From: Mobula hypostoma | Taxonomy: Eukaryota | Reading direction: 5' to 3' | Length of the DNA: 64,000 nucleotides | Assembly (NCBI RefSeq): GCF_963921235.1 | Contig: NC_086097.1 | Span: 132,434,001-132,498,000 of the forward strand | Shown: positions 62,747 to 64,000 of the stretch, one piece after another | Layout: each line of letters begins with the position of its first letter | Position numbering within the stretch: the stretch's first letter is position 1 | Notes under the pieces: generated by a model | Told to the model about the DNA's origin: nothing | The model's database searches: none | The model's input: only the letters and a program-made list of their open reading frames with translations | Translations under genes and position numbers: made by a program

Positions 62747-62914
62747 CCACATATCCCCTTTAAACTTTCTTCTACTCACCTTAAAGCTATGCCCACTAAT
62801 ATTCGTCAATTCTACCCTGGGGGAAAGATTCTGACAGCCAGCATAACCAAAGACCCCTCCTACATTGCACATACTCTCTCTCTCTTTTCTTCCACCTCCA
62901 ATTGGCAAGAAGAG

Positions 62915-63865
62915 TAGGAATCAGAATGCAGGTTTTCATCACTAACATACATTATGAAATTTGTTGTTTTGTGGCAGCTAGACATAAAAATGACCGAAGC
63001 TGCAAGAAAATAAATAAATAGTGCAAAACACAAATAACAAGGCAGTGTTCAACTGCTCACGGACTGTTCAGAAATTTGATGATGGAGGGGAAGAAGTTGT
63101 TCCTAAAATATTGAGTGTGGATCCTTAGGCTCCTGTACCTTCTCACTGAGGTAGTAATGAGATGAGGGCATGCCCAGGATGGTGAAGGTCCTCAACGATG
63201 GACACTGGCTTTTTGAAGCACCACCTTTTAAGATGTCCTCAGTGGTAGGTAGGCTTAACGTCGTGAAGGAGCTGACTGAGACTGTAATGTTCTGCAGCTT
63301 CTTTCAATCCTGCGCATTGGAGTTTCCATACCAGGTGGTGATGCAACTAGTCAGAATACTCTCCACTGTACATCTGTAAAAAATTAATAGTCTTCTGTAG
63401 CAAACCAAATCTCCTCAAACTTGTCATAAGTATAGCCACTGCCGTGTCTGCTTTGTGATTACATCAACATGTTGGGTGCTGTGAGATGCTGACATCCAGG
63501 AACTTGAAGTTGCTCACCCTTTCCACTGGCGACCCGTCTATGAGGACTAGTGTGTTCTCCGCTGATGTCAAAACATACAAAAGCATGAAACCATGAACCA
63601 CTATATCATAGACAGTTCCATAAAACTATTTATCGGGCTTCTTGTATGATAAGATTGACTTTTGACATCACAATCTACCTCATCATAGCCTTGCACTTTA
63701 TGGTCTGCCGGTATTGTACTTTCTCTGTAATTGTATCACTTTATTCTGCATTCTGTTAATACTTTTGCTTTGTACTGCCTCAATATAATGTTGCAATGGA
63801 AAGATCTGCATTGATGGCAGATCATTTTTCATTACTTCTCTGTACAGGTGACAATAATAAATGAA
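62915..63865. mobile_element. Two oppositely oriented Rex1/Babar 3' remnants (62915-63555 minus; 63560-63865 plus)
   Basis: Minus strand YRCTVESILTSCITTWY; plus strand TGACAATAATAAA tail. Confidence 0.7.
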
Positions 63866-64000
63866 TTTACAAACTTACCACCAAATATCTCCCCCGATTG
63901 TGGCCTTACTCACTTCATGGTCTCCATCACTTCACCACTGGTGGCAACATCTTCAGCTACCTTGGACCCAAGCTCAAGAATTCCCTGAAACTTTCCTCCT

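Overview
Vertebrate, repeat-dominated intronic or intergenic DNA. The repeat mix (CR1 LINEs with short tandem 3' tails, V-SINE/HE1-like SINEs, Rex1/Babar LINEs, fold-back Penelope elements) suggests a cartilaginous fish, probably a ray; this is an inference. No host protein-coding exon could be supported, and nearly all long ORFs are transposon-derived. Main structures: (1) an internally deleted, env-less class I/epsilon-like endogenous retrovirus at 21506-26639 with an ATGC TSD, TGTTGGAT...ATCCAACA termini, a tRNA-Ser primer-binding site, a 21-bp leader minisatellite and a 57-bp gag-region repeat; (2) Penelope-like elements carrying minimal hammerhead ribozyme motifs, one of which contains a 210-bp copy of nearby upstream DNA; (3) a nest of a PIF/Harbinger element > sense CR1 > antisense CR1, probably inside a solo LTR; (4) two decayed Ty3/Gypsy elements, two solo LTRs of one family with 5-bp TSDs, an L1 3' fragment, a near-complete CR1 ORF2 and a tRNA/CORE-like/RTE-tail SINE. 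Boundaries without a stated TSD or TIR are approximate, and family assignments come from recalled motifs, not database searches.
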